Source: Octopus vulgaris
Taxonomy: Eukaryota
Direction of reading: 5' to 3'
Assembly (NCBI GenBank): GCA_951406725.2
Contig: OX597835.1
Coordinates: forward strand, 48,298,001 to 48,362,000
Length of the DNA stretch: 64,000 nt
Made by a program: the position numbers and the translations under genes. The notes beneath the pieces were generated by a model. That model did no database searches. It saw only the letters and a program-made list of their open reading frames with translations, and had not been told where the DNA came from. Below are positions 1 through 13,349 of this stretch, in pieces (within the stretch, counting starts at the first letter, position 1; each line of letters opens with the position of its first letter).

Positions 1-65
1 TAACTGTTTGTTCCGTTTGATTTTGGAGTTTTCGTTGTTTTTTGGTTTGGTTTTTCGGGTCAACC

Positions 66-94
66 TATACACAGATACACATACATATACACTT

Positions 95-131
<37 letters not shown>

Positions 132-146
132 CAAATGTGTATGTGT

Positions 147-195
<49 letters not shown>

Positions 196-196
196 C

Positions 197-233
<37 letters not shown>

Positions 234-417
234 AGCCTGTACATCTATTCATCTATCTTTCTGTATATACATGTAAAATTTATTTGTATTTATATGTATG
301 TGTGTGCCTGTGAGAAGAAAAATATATACAGACAGAGAGAGAGAGAGAGAGAGAGTCGTACTTATATACATACATACAAATATGCATGCATGTGTACATA
401 CATATATACATACATAC

Positions 418-448
<31 letters not shown>

Positions 449-519
449 CATACATACATACATACATACATACATACATACATACACATTCACACATACA
501 TGCACACATACATGTATAT
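66..519. repeat. Compound microsatellite (TA)n/(TACA)n/(GA)n
   Basis: Directly visible tandem repeats; source of the YI/HT-repeat ORFs. Confidence 0.95.
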
Positions 520-1017
520 GATGGGGCCGCAAACTCGTGTTCGAGTATTACCATCGCCTAATCGAAAGTTTCACACGTCTTTGTGATGAGTCTTACTTTT
601 TATTTTCGAGAGATGCCTCTGCATGGTGAGTTTTTTTTAATTGTGGGGAAGGATTTACACAAATCTAATCCCAATCTTTGAATATGGACAACATAAATTC
701 AAAAAGAAGAACTTGTCTACATCATCATATATAGTCAGTGTCTCAGGTTTTCTCTCGGAGTTTCCCTCTCCTAGAGAAATATTATGAGAAGAGGGGGGGC
801 CTCCCACACCCAGAGGGCCAACCGCGTGCCTGGACACAAATCCAGGTATTTCCACGTCTCCAGACATACATGCATGCATACACATGTACATATATTGCTG
901 TTTGGCCATTCGCTGTTCATGAGCTCTTCCACCCTTTGATAGTTCTTATTTTTCGTGCTACAGGATATATACATCATATATCTAAACAAAAAAAGGCGCA
1001 CGAGTGGCTGTGTGGAT

Positions 1018-1527
<510 letters not shown>

Positions 1528-1562
1528 TACATATATATCATATAGATAGATGAATGGATAGG

Positions 1563-1622
<60 letters not shown>

Positions 1623-1774
1623 TCAGGTCACTCTTGGGTGCTACTGGTAACATGTATCCCAGTACAACGTGTTCCATGGTCGGATCGTCACCGTCTAAAC
1701 TGGCAACCCCATCAAGCTTGCTTGGTGAGGAGGGTGATTGCTGGACACCTTGCAGGACGAAAAATAGGACATAC

Positions 1775-2250
1775 ATGGCGCTTGTCATCGAGAAACTGGT
1801 CGACAAGGCGCAGACGTGCACTGTGCCGGGCCGGAGCATCCATGACAACTTCCACCTGATGCGCTACATCATAGACAGGGTAGTTAAGGAACCTGGCATG
1901 GGTGGGGCGCTGATCAATTTGGATCAATCGAAAGCTTTCGATAGGATAGACCATCGATACTTGGAGGCTGTTCTCAGAGCGGCTGGCTTCGGTCCCGTCT
2001 TCCGCGGCTAGATAGCCGCTTTGTACAAAGGTATCCGCTCGGTAATACGCGTAAATGGACATCTATCGAGACCTTTCGACATTGCACGTTCGATCCGTCA
2101 GGGATGCCCCCTCTCGTCGCTTCTCTACGTATTGACTCTCGAGTCATTATTGCGGAAGCTGGCAACTCTGAGAAGCATCCCGCGAGAATTGGGATGCGGG
2201 ACGAGCGTGTCTGCATACGCGGACGACGTCACCGTCATAGTGTCTAGACA
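1775..2250 (+). mobile_element. L1/Tx1-clade LINE reverse-transcriptase fragment (pseudogenised)
   Basis: Translation ...PGRSIHDN...LINLDQSKAFDRIDHRYL...*...VNGHLSRPFDIARSIRQGCPLSSLLY...SAYADDVTV gives RT motifs DxxKAFD, RQGCPLS and YADD, with an in-frame stop at 2009-2011. Confidence 0.92.
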
Positions 2251-2754
2251 CGCGTCTCATACCCAAATTTTCAGTGACAATGGACCAAACTGAGCCGTAA
2301 CAAATCTCAACTTACTCTGATAACTCACGGATGGCGAGTCGTCGATTTCCCTTCACAGATTCACGCATATTTACGATGTTTTTCTCAGTTTTGCTGGTTG
2401 CAGGTCTCCCAGATCGTACGTCTATATGAACATTTTTTCAGCCATCTTGGAAACGTCAGAACCACTCGTACACTTGTGTGCGGCTCATAGACACCCCTAC
2501 ATACACTTTCTGCAACTTTGCGTATACGTCTGAACAGGTATTGCCATGACAAATTTCTCTGTCATGGTCAATACGAGGATCACACGCTACACGCGTTCCT
2601 TCCGAGCACTGCTATAAACAGGAATGAGCCTAAAACGTTAAAACTTAGTGCACCTGTACAGCAGAGTTCAAGGTCAATTTTACCAAACGACTTCACTCTG
2701 CTTCAGCTTCGTTACTATGGCAGCAGTCCGGATATTTATTGATCAGACTTCGTG
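2250..2754 (-). mobile_element. mariner transposon 5' fragment (TIR plus HTH region)
   Basis: Minus strand begins CACGAAGTCTGATCAATAAATATCCGGACTG (mariner-like TIR). Manual translation gives KLQKVY..SMSRTQVYEWF*RFQDG..RSGRPATSKTEKNI..RRLAIRELSE..GSVWSIVTENLGMRRVS. Confidence 0.8.
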
Positions 2755-2836
2755 TGTGTGTGTGTGTGTGCGTATAGATTTGTACAAATATGTATATATG
2801 TATGTGGGTTTACACATGTTGTGTATATATATATAT

Positions 2837-2909
<73 letters not shown>

Positions 2910-3630
2910 TATATACATATATATACATATATACATATATATCTGCACATACATTTCATGAGTATGTATGTGTGCATATATGTATATCTATATTAAGAGA
3001 GAGAGGCAGAGAGGGAGACAGAGACAGCGACAGATGTAAATATCGAGATATGAGATGAACAGAAGGAAAAAAACTAAATATTATGGTAAACAAGAATAAA
3101 TAATAAGTTCAAAACAAATGGTAAACGAGAAGAACTTCCACCTCACCGCATAAAACATGGAATGATAGACAGTAGACATTCGATTTTGGATAAGATATTG
3201 TAATCGGAGAAGCAAAAATCTATGAAAAGACGAAAAAACAAAACAAAAATAAGCATTTAAAAAACACGGAATATACACATAGACATACGAAACGAAAACA
3301 AGAGTAAGAAATCTGAAAAGATCAGATAGCAAAGATTGTAGACATTATAGAGTAATATTAAGTGGAAAGGCGTGTAAAATGAGGGCAGACAAGGCTCTTT
3401 ATATGATGGGTTCGTGTTAACGTAACTGTCAAAATCATTAATACAATAGTTTGGTCGTTTGTGTTGGTGCCATGTCTTTACAGATATTGTTGGAAATCGT
3501 TGAGTTTTTATGTTAAGATACGGAAATATAGTTGTCTCGGTGTCTTGTGGACAATGTCTTCAGGAAAAAAAAATTACATAAAATGCTTCAAAATATACAG
3601 GTAAAAAATAAGAGCAAAAGAAAAAAACGT

Positions 3631-4889
<1,259 letters not shown>

Positions 4890-5303
4890 CAGCCGAATAC
4901 TGACAGGCTGCCTGTTCTGTATGTTTGACAAGCTGTAATGAGACATCATCTGATCTTGTCATCGAAAGAGAAATCGGTGCGGGCAGGAGTAAGTTATCAT
5001 CAGGCATTGAGATGTTGCCGGAGAATCGAAGTTGACAGTCAATGGTAACCGTAGACCTACATCGAGACAACAGCCATGCAACCAGAAACCCCCGCTCAAA
5101 ACTATAAGTTTTTATCCACTGGCTTCCACATGCTCCACTTGATCTCTTCCTACTCGTAGCTACTCCTCTACTTCCTCTTCCTTTTGCTGCTGCTGCTGCA
5201 CCTCCCCCCCCCCGTCATCTCTTCTGAGTGATCGAGGTTTTTTTTTGGCTTTGTCTCTATTGCAAATTTCGTCGTTATCGTCGTCGTCATCGTCATCATC
5301 ATT

Positions 5304-5338
<35 letters not shown>

Positions 5339-5408
5339 TATCATCATCATCATCATCCATCATCATCATCATCATCATCATCATTATTTTCTTCGTCTTC
5401 TTCTTCCT

Positions 5409-5466
<58 letters not shown>

Positions 5467-5580
5467 ACTTTTTCTATTTATTATAGTTTTCTTTCTCCAT
5501 CAGACAGTCGCATACATATTGAAATATACATACATACATACATACATACATACATACACACACACAAACGCACACACACG

Positions 5581-5635
<55 letters not shown>

Positions 5636-5769
5636 CGAGAGAGAGAGAGAGAGAATCTTTATAGCTGTAAATGATATGCTTCGAGTTCCATTATTCCAAA
5701 AATGCTACCGTGCGTGTGTGTGTGTTTGTGTTTGTCTGTATGTGAAGTTGTGCTGCGTTCTGTTTGTTA

Positions 5770-6030
5770 GAGTGTTGTACTCAAAACCTCAAGATCACGG
5801 TTTCGGTTCCCAGACTATCTGTATGTTGTGATTCGCCTCGTTTCACGTAGCTGCAGTCACCCAGCTGTAAACGAGTGACACCGTTAAGGAGTGGCGTTCA
5901 GTTCAGAACAAATGTTGTCCTGCCCACTTAATCAGCAACGTATCATTATGCAAAAGGGAAAAAATACGAGAAAGCGCATTGTGACCAGCGGTGTATGACA
6001 TCTGATAATGTAGTCGGTAAGGTGATACAC
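5770..6030 (+). mobile_element. Degenerate tRNA-derived SINE
   Basis: GGTTTCGGTTCCCAGAC head, and a tail AAGCGCATTGTGACCAGCG...CATCTGAT shared with the SINE at 8040. Confidence 0.55.
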
Positions 6031-6087
6031 AGTCATGTATGTATTTATGCATGGACATATGTGTATGCCGTACATCTACATCTCTGT

Positions 6088-6134
<47 letters not shown>

Positions 6135-6195
6135 AACATATATGTGCACGCACACACATGCACATACACACATACATATATACTTTCTGGATATA

Positions 6196-6235
<40 letters not shown>

Positions 6236-7344
6236 GTAACAAATTTAGGCGTGATAGATATGAACGCATAGACTGATAGTGAGATAAAAACTGATACGCT
6301 GAAACCAGTGGAATGATAACATTATTAAGATAACATTCTTAGCGTTGTCAGCGAAATGAAATTTTGACTTCATTGAAACGGAAGAAAAGCCATCAGCTGT
6401 AATGGTAAAATCTGTCAAGGATGTTAAGCAAGGGAAACCTTGAATAGAAACTGGGTAAAAATCTTGAAATGTCGAGTAGTGAGTCTGGGCTATAGGAAGT
6501 AAATGCGGTCAGTAAATATTGGAGCAGATATTTGTCTGGGTAGATGACTCTCCGACTCTCTCTCTCCCTCTCACTCTTTCTACCCTCCCCCACACGTGGA
6601 TGCATAATATAACTACACATTTACGTGTGCACATACGCAAGCAAATAAATTCAATAATCCATCCATCCATCCATACATACATACATACATGCAGCCATCC
6701 ATCCATCCATCTATACATACATACATACATACATGTAACCATACATCCATACATACATACATACATATATACATACATACATACATACATGCTTGCATAC
6801 ATACATACAAACATACATACATATACATACATACATACATGCATCCATCCATCTATACATCCATCAATCCATCCATCCATCCATCCATCCATCCATCCAT
6901 ACATACATACATACATACATACATACATACATACATACATACATACACATACATACATACATGCACACATACGAAATTGCCGTATAGGATACTCTTGCAT
7001 CATATGTGACATTTGAAACTTTCTGTTTAAAAATAATGGGAAGTCATAAATTTATATCGATCGCTGCCACAACCAGTTCGTGGGAAATTTGATTGCGGAC
7101 TTTTTGTTCCCACGTATTGAGTTCTATTTCTGTTGTATCTTCTACTAATCATATAACATATAGATACACACACGCATATATACATATTCACACATTCACA
7201 TACATATGTATAAATGTATGTATATATACATACGCATATATACATACACATCTGTACATATATATACATATATATATATACATATATATATATGCATATG
7301 TGTGTGTCTGTATGCATGTGTGCGAGTGTGTGTGTATGTATGTG

Positions 7345-7376
<32 letters not shown>

Positions 7377-7484
7377 AAATTAAAATTACTTGATTTGAGG
7401 CACAAAGTCAGCCCGGTATTTTCATTACAGCTCGAAGTAAGGTGAATAAAAAGCAAATAAGTAACAAGGATGTCAATGTATTAG

Positions 7485-7571
7485 TGCATTACGGCCGTTT
7501 CAGGCGGCTCCATTTAATCGAACAATGCAAGCATTACAACAGACTGAAATGCACTGCTATCTTCGGATGCA
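7485..7571 (-). ncRNA. Type I hammerhead-ribozyme-like motif, CCGAAGA core variant
   Basis: Minus strand: TGCAT-CCGAAGA-(about 58 nt stem II)-GAAA-CGGCC-GTA-ATGCA. Stem I TGCAT/ATGCA pairs perfectly; stem III is the palindrome ACGGCCGT. Confidence 0.65.
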
Positions 7572-7844
7572 AAATATAGGTAATCAACATACAGGATACT
7601 CCATTATAATTTTTAACAAATATTTTATCAGAACTAAAGAATGAAAGAAATACATGCTGCTACTATTGTAGCGGAATGAACGTAGAGAGAAAAATAATCC
7701 AACTATAATTAGAGTGGGATATTTTTCTCTCTAAGTTCATTCTGCTAAAATAGTAGCAGCATGTATTTCTTTCATTTTCTAGTTCTGATGAAATATTTGT
7801 TAAGAATTATAATGGAGTATCCCGTGTGTCGAAATCCTATATTT

Positions 7845-7931
7845 TGTATCCGAAGATGTTGGTGTATTTCAAATTGATGCAAAGCTTGCATTGTTCGATT
7901 AAATGGAGCCGCCTGAAACGACCGTAATGCA
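7845..7931 (+). ncRNA. Type I hammerhead-ribozyme-like motif, CCGAAGA core variant (second arm)
   Basis: TGTAT-CCGAAGA(7850-7856)-...-GAAA(7915-7918)-CGACC-GTA(7924-7926)-ATGCA. Confidence 0.6.
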
Positions 7932-7950
7932 CTAATATCTTGTTACTTAC

Positions 7951-8039
<89 letters not shown>

Positions 8040-8041
<2 letters not shown>

Positions 8042-8320
8042 AGGCGTAATGGTCGAGTGGTTGTAGAATCGCCGTTTCGATTCCCAGACCGGGCGTTGTG
8101 AGTGTTTATTGAGCGAAACCACCTAAAGCTCCACAAGGCTCTGACAGGAGGAGGTGGCAAACCCTGCTGTAAGCTTTCGCCACAACTTTCTCTCACTCCT
8201 TCTACTGTTGGCCAGCTCGCTTAGCCAGCGGGGTGGCGTCATTTGAAGGCTAAAACAATGCGAAACGCATTGTGACCAGCGATTTGTAGCAACATCTGAT
8301 TGCCTGGTCGGTCACAATGA
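8040..8320 (+). mobile_element. tRNA-derived SINE (same head and body as 62020-62408)
   Basis: GGAGGCGTAATGG...GTTTCGATTCCCAGACCGGGCGTTGTGAGTGTTTATTGAGCGAAA matches the 62.0-62.4 kb copy. Confidence 0.8.
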
Positions 8321-8985
8321 TATATGTATATATATAATAACATAAATAATATATAAACATATGCGTATATGCATACATATATGTACATACCTACATCTAT
8401 GTGTATATATACATGCATATATGGGTAGAGGACACCAAAAAACGTTGAACACAATGAGAAACGAAAACCTAGAAACAAAATCATGGAAACGAACTTTTTT
8501 CAAACAACGAAAAAAAAACAGAGTACAAGACATACAACACAAGGAATATTCCCCTTCGTCAGTTGTCCCTGCTTCGTCTACTCCGCGTGTCGAAAGTAAG
8601 GACAAAACGCGACTTCATTGAAACAATCCTTCCCGCAAAGCAAATTAAATAAAATTTGGGATTTTATGCAGAGGGGTAAAAGAAGTAGCAAGAACAGGAC
8701 AGTAAAAACAATACAAATAAAAACAGTAAGTAACAAGGATGTCAATGTATTAGTGCATTGCGGCCGTTTTAGGCGGGTCCATTTAATCGAGCAATCAAAG
8801 CAATATAACAAACTATTACTCAGAATTTCACGCTTCCGCTCGTCGGAGGGTAGTGAGTAAGAGCTTAGGAACATTTTGTTGTTTTAATACTAGCATATTA
8901 CTCTACCTTCGGTTTTCGAACCCTGCTTTTTTCTAATTTGTTTCGCATTTATATGCTTAGTAGTGCGCACGGACGCACACACACG

Positions 8986-9044
<59 letters not shown>

Positions 9045-10208
9045 ACACACATTGCATAACTGTCTATCGCATATTTTCTTGCCGAAATATTCAGTGTTTC
9101 CTGTAGTCAAGTCTTTGTGGTAAACCACCAGTAGTTGCACGGGCACGAAACTATTTAATATTTCCCGTTACATTCTTTCAAATCCAAAAGTAATTATGAA
9201 TGAAGTCTCGTCACCACAAGCTGAAGGAGAGATCTCCAATTATATTTTCTATGATCTTGTACATTCAGTCTTCCATCACTTGTACAAGTTTGGTACAGCC
9301 GACGTCTTATCATTGCTTAGTGGAGTTTTGTAGTAATTATCTTCTGAAATTTTAGTACTTTTCGAATATATTGTTTAGATTCTCGTTTCAAATAGCAGTG
9401 TTTGCGATTTTGTAAATGAAATGGATTTTAAAATTAAATGCTGTTTTCTTTTCTTCTTGCTCCAGTTTGGGTCTCAAAATATCTAAACTAAGGAAAGGTT
9501 CCATATTCAATTTTATTTTCAGGGTTAATGCTAGCTTTTAGGGTTAATGCAAGCTTTTATTGATAGTTTAATGTTAGAGTTTAGGTTTAGGGTTTAGGGT
9601 TCAGTTTAGAGTTTAGGGTTAAGGGAGTAACAGGGTGTAATTTTATACTCCTAGATTATACATGAGAAGTCTTCGACATTTCTGCCGATAACGGATTCCA
9701 TTATGAAGAAATTTCTTTGACGCTGTTAAAATTTATGCAAAATAGTGAGAGGAGAAACGAAAAATGTTTTGCTTCCATCCTTTGCTTGTAGGATGATTCT
9801 CAACTACAGAGAAAATATGTAAGAAATTTACACTAAAATGGTTTTTATCAGTGGGTGTGGTTATGAAAATACGGATATAAATAAATTTGTAAATGTACAT
9901 ACTTGACTCGGTTTTCTGTGTAATTAACTTAAAATAGTTATTGTTATTTGGTATATTGGGGTGTGTTTGCTTGAATATTATGTTTCGTAGCGAAATTTTG
10001 TAAACATTTCAAAACGAACTGACAATGATATCATATAATTGAAACTTATACCCTCTCTTATAGTTCACAACATCATTACTCTATTATGTATTTTTTAATT
10101 GCTTTATCCCATATCCGATATCCAGTATTATGTTATAAACATAGAGCAAGTATCCTTTGTTCCGATATGAACATTTTCAACTATATATTTCCTGTTGCAA
10201 ACAAATTA

Positions 10209-10253
<45 letters not shown>

Positions 10254-10416
10254 TGACGCATATTTGCCATTTGAATATGGCTAACCCCTAAGGGTGGATG
10301 CTACTGTAGTTTGTAGCCCCAGGAAGATACCTCCTCCAGCTGGCTATAGACACACTATCTGTGCCCTATCAGTATTTGCGAAGGGAAGTCATCCTTCCCG
10401 TCTTCAACTTATGATA

Positions 10417-10461
10417 CACACGGACTCGAGTTTCAAGGTGTTTACCTATCATCAGCGTGTG
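10417..10461 (-). ncRNA. Type I hammerhead ribozyme
   Basis: Minus strand: CACACG-CTGATGA-TAGGTAAACACCTT-GAAA-CTCGA-GTC-CGTGTG. 6-bp stem I, AGGT/ACCT stem II, palindromic stem III ACTCGAGT, GUC cleavage triplet. Confidence 0.88.
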
Positions 10462-10765
10462 ACAATCACAGTTGTCGACGAGAATTCAGTCTCCCTCACA
10501 AATACATATACTTTTTCCAGTGTCGATTGGCACTGATATTGAAAAAGTGAAATCAAACAATGATAAATATCAGAGCGAGTTATAAACAGTAGCGGTAACA
10601 CATCGTGACGCATATTTGCCATTTGAATATGGCTAACCCCTAAGGGTGGATGCTACTGTAGTTTGTAGCCCCAGGAAGATACCTCCTCCAGCTGGCTATA
10701 GACACACTATCTGTGCCCTATCAGTATTTGCGAAGGGAAGTCATCCTTCCCGTCTTCAACTTTGT

Positions 10766-10810
10766 CACACGCTGATGATAGGTAAACACCTTGAAACTCG
10801 AGTCCGTGTG
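10766..10810 (+). ncRNA. Type I hammerhead ribozyme (inverted copy)
   Basis: CACACG-CTGATGA(10772-10778)-TAGGTAAACACCTT-GAAA(10793-10796)-CTCGA-GTC^(10804)-CGTGTG. All core nucleotides intact. Confidence 0.88.
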
Positions 10811-11585
10811 TATCATAAGTTGAAGACGGGAAGGATGACTTCCCTTTACAAATACTGATAGGGCACAGATAGTGTGTCTATAGCCAGCTGGAGGAGGTAT
10901 CTTCCTGGGGCTACAAACTACAGTGGCATCCACCCTTAGTGGTTAGCCATATTCAAATGGCAAATATTCGTCACGATGTGTTACCGCTACTGTTTATAAC
11001 TCGCTCTGAGATTTATCATTGTTATATATATATATATTTATATATATATATATATATATATATCAAATGGATGTGCTATAAAGCTATTTCGCACATACAA
11101 TAATACCCATACCAACAACCCAACATACCCCCATCATCAGCTGCTCCACGGATATCACGATGGTTTCGACACCTAGGCTGAACCATTCAATCCGGCCGTG
11201 TCAACAGCACTAAAATAAGTGTTGATTGGGAGTAAACATACCTTAGATATCACCACATTCATTCAATCTTATTTCTTATTTCTATTAAACACTAACATTA
11301 TTATTTAAACTACAACAACTTTCTCCTTATATGATAGTGATTAACCAGTGGAATTTTGGGATTATTTAATCCCTAATGAGGACTTGACATCCTCTAATAT
11401 ATATATTTATATTTTTAAATGTATAATTTTACCCTTACGGGTTATCTTTTAATGGAAAGCAATACTTTCGTATTGCATTATTATTTCCATTGAAACTTCT
11501 TCACTGTTATCGTTCTGTTAACTTTTTGGCGTTCAGACGAGTGTACTGGCATAGATGTGGCAACATTTGAAATATTGTCTAGGTA

Positions 11586-11656
11586 TATACAGCTGATGAA
11601 GACAAATCAATCTACGTTGTCAAACGTATTTGAATAGTCTGAAACCGGTCCTGCAT
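11586..11656 (+). ncRNA. Type I hammerhead ribozyme with extended stem II
   Basis: ATACAG-CTGATGA(11593-11599)-AGAC..TACGTT..AACGTA..GTCT-GAAA(11641-11644)-CCG-GTC^-CTGCAT. Stem III is the palindrome ACCGGT; stem I has one mismatch. Confidence 0.75.
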
Positions 11657-12086
11657 TATCCGATTCTAGGTTTTCCATTTTTCATATGCTCTTCCTAGAG
11701 GTAAGACAAATTTTTATCATGTTTGTTGCACACACGCGTCTTTGCTAGTATATACGCATTGAAGCTATACAATAGCGTCGTATTTATTACGATTGCTATT
11801 TTCCAGTAAATATCGGTGCCTTGTTGTACCATTTCGCCAAAAAAAAAAAAAGAATAAGCCATTTGGATTACCTTTTTGGAGTATTATACAAAGGATTCCG
11901 TCTGTGCTATTTGTGAGATTTTTCTTTTTTTTTCCCCTTCTATTATTTCTTTCTTTCTAAAAATTTTTGGTTCATTTTTTTCATTACTTTAATTTCAGTT
12001 CCTCCCCCCCTTATTTTGTTTTATTTTTATTCGGTTTAATTTTTTGGCAGACTGTCTTTTGAAATACTTTTAAACTATTTTTTGAC

Positions 12087-13030
12087 ATGGCAGAGAAGGA
12101 ACTTAAAAAGAAAAACTCTGTGTTAGAGTGGGAAATTAACCCGCCTAAGCAATGGTTAAAAGATATGGAAGAGAAGACGGTGGTACTCAGAACATATTCT
12201 AAAGTTCTTAATTCTATCACCGTGTTCCCAAAACAAGTCATAAAAAATGAACTTAAAGAACATTTGTACTCTGTAAAATATATATCCCGTGGTGTCAAAC
12301 ATACAACCGTATGGTTGCTGTTTGACAACGGGGAAAAAGCTCGCCTGTTTACGAGTCAGCCTTTAGAAGGCAAGGAAACCCTGTTTCTCCCGTCATATTG
12401 TGGAAGAAAATTAACACGAGCCTGGATATGTGGGCTCCCCCCGGGCACCGAAGCGGATTGGATTGAAGATACCATCCGACGGGGACTGGGAGATGGCGGG
12501 CCCAGGCTCTTAATTGTAAGAGTATTGCCGGTGGTCGATTGGGAAGGGTCAAAAGCGATTTTGATCCTGTGGACCCCATCGGCCGCAACAGAACTGGTTT
12601 TTCCAGATTTCTTGAAAATGGCTGGCTGCAGGTATCCGGTGATACTTGAGGGAGATGATGTGCCGACTGCATGTCCCGAAGTTGTGCCAGCCATTGTGGA
12701 AGAAACCACCCCCACCCTTAAAGATGATCAATTAATTATCTTTTTCTACAAGGGCGGGGAGGTGGAAAAATAGTAGAGGAATTTAAAGAAACAGTAGATA
12801 TACCCTTCACACGGGATCCCGAATGGCCTCGGCAGATAGCTGTGGAGGTCATAAGGTTTCCCTTGTGGGAAAGGCTTAAAGGATTTGAGGAGGAGTGTCG
12901 CATATGGCCGGGTGGACCTTACACGACTTACATGTCCTACATGAGTGAGGCATGGGAAATGGCGGGATACAGGAACTCAAGCGGCATTGAAGATAATGAT
13001 GAATATAACGATGGATATATCGAAGAGTAG
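12087..13030 (+). pseudogene. L1/Tx1 ORF1-like protein (about 314 aa if one frameshift in the A-run at 12766-12770 is repaired)
   Basis: Non-repetitive 228-aa ORF with RRM-like segments (YCGRKLTRAWICGLPP; FPDFLKMAGCRYPVILEG). The -1 frame continues open from 12770 (IVEEFKETVD...) to the stop at 13030. Family assignment is by resemblance only. Confidence 0.55.
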
Positions 13031-13349
13031 GAGGTGAAAGACCCTTATTACAGAGTTTGAAACCTCACCTAATTGGACTATTTTGTAATGGTTTATAACC
13101 TCAATTCTGTGTTTTAAGAAAGAAAAAAGAAAATATGTTAAGTAAGAGGTTTTAGTGCCTCCTCCTTGTAAAAGGTTCGAAACCTTATATTGATCTTTTA
13201 AAAAAAGAAAATATGTTTTCGAGAAAAATCCAGTCGCGGGTGTTGGGTTTCGTCTCTCATTTATTCATTATAATTCATTTTCATTCATTAATGTATTTGT
13301 CCAGCCCGCAAAGCTCTTTGTACTATCTATATGACAAATTTATGAAATA

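Larger units (their letters stand above)
7458..7950. mobile_element. Spacer-less inverted repeat (about 245-bp arms), probable Penelope-like terminal repeat pair carrying hammerheads
   Basis: 7458-7708 is the diverged reverse complement of 7709-7950, and each arm holds a hammerhead motif. A third partial copy lies at 8727-8815. Confidence 0.8.
10251..11023. mobile_element. Retrozyme-like / Penelope-derived non-autonomous element: 352-bp unit, partial tandem copy and inverted copy, inserted in (TA)n
   Basis: 10251-10409 is repeated identically from 10603 (period 352), and 10762-11023 is an inverted copy. Both flanks are (TA)n, and the unit holds a canonical hammerhead. Confidence 0.85.

Noticed and set aside
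3525-3570. Minus-strand CTGAAGA...GAGA hammerhead-like string
   Set aside because: GAAA is absent and there is no convincing stem I or III.
6270-6320. CTGATAG...GAAAC string
   Set aside because: Core is degenerate and there are no supporting helices.
7785-7840. CTGATGA...GAAA in the right arm of the palindrome
   Set aside because: Stems do not pair and the motif is not preserved in the mirror arm.
10294-10933. Three near-identical ORFs MDATVVCSPRKIPP...
   Set aside because: By-products of the 352-bp repeat with GTG starts and divergent ends; they run antisense to the ribozyme.
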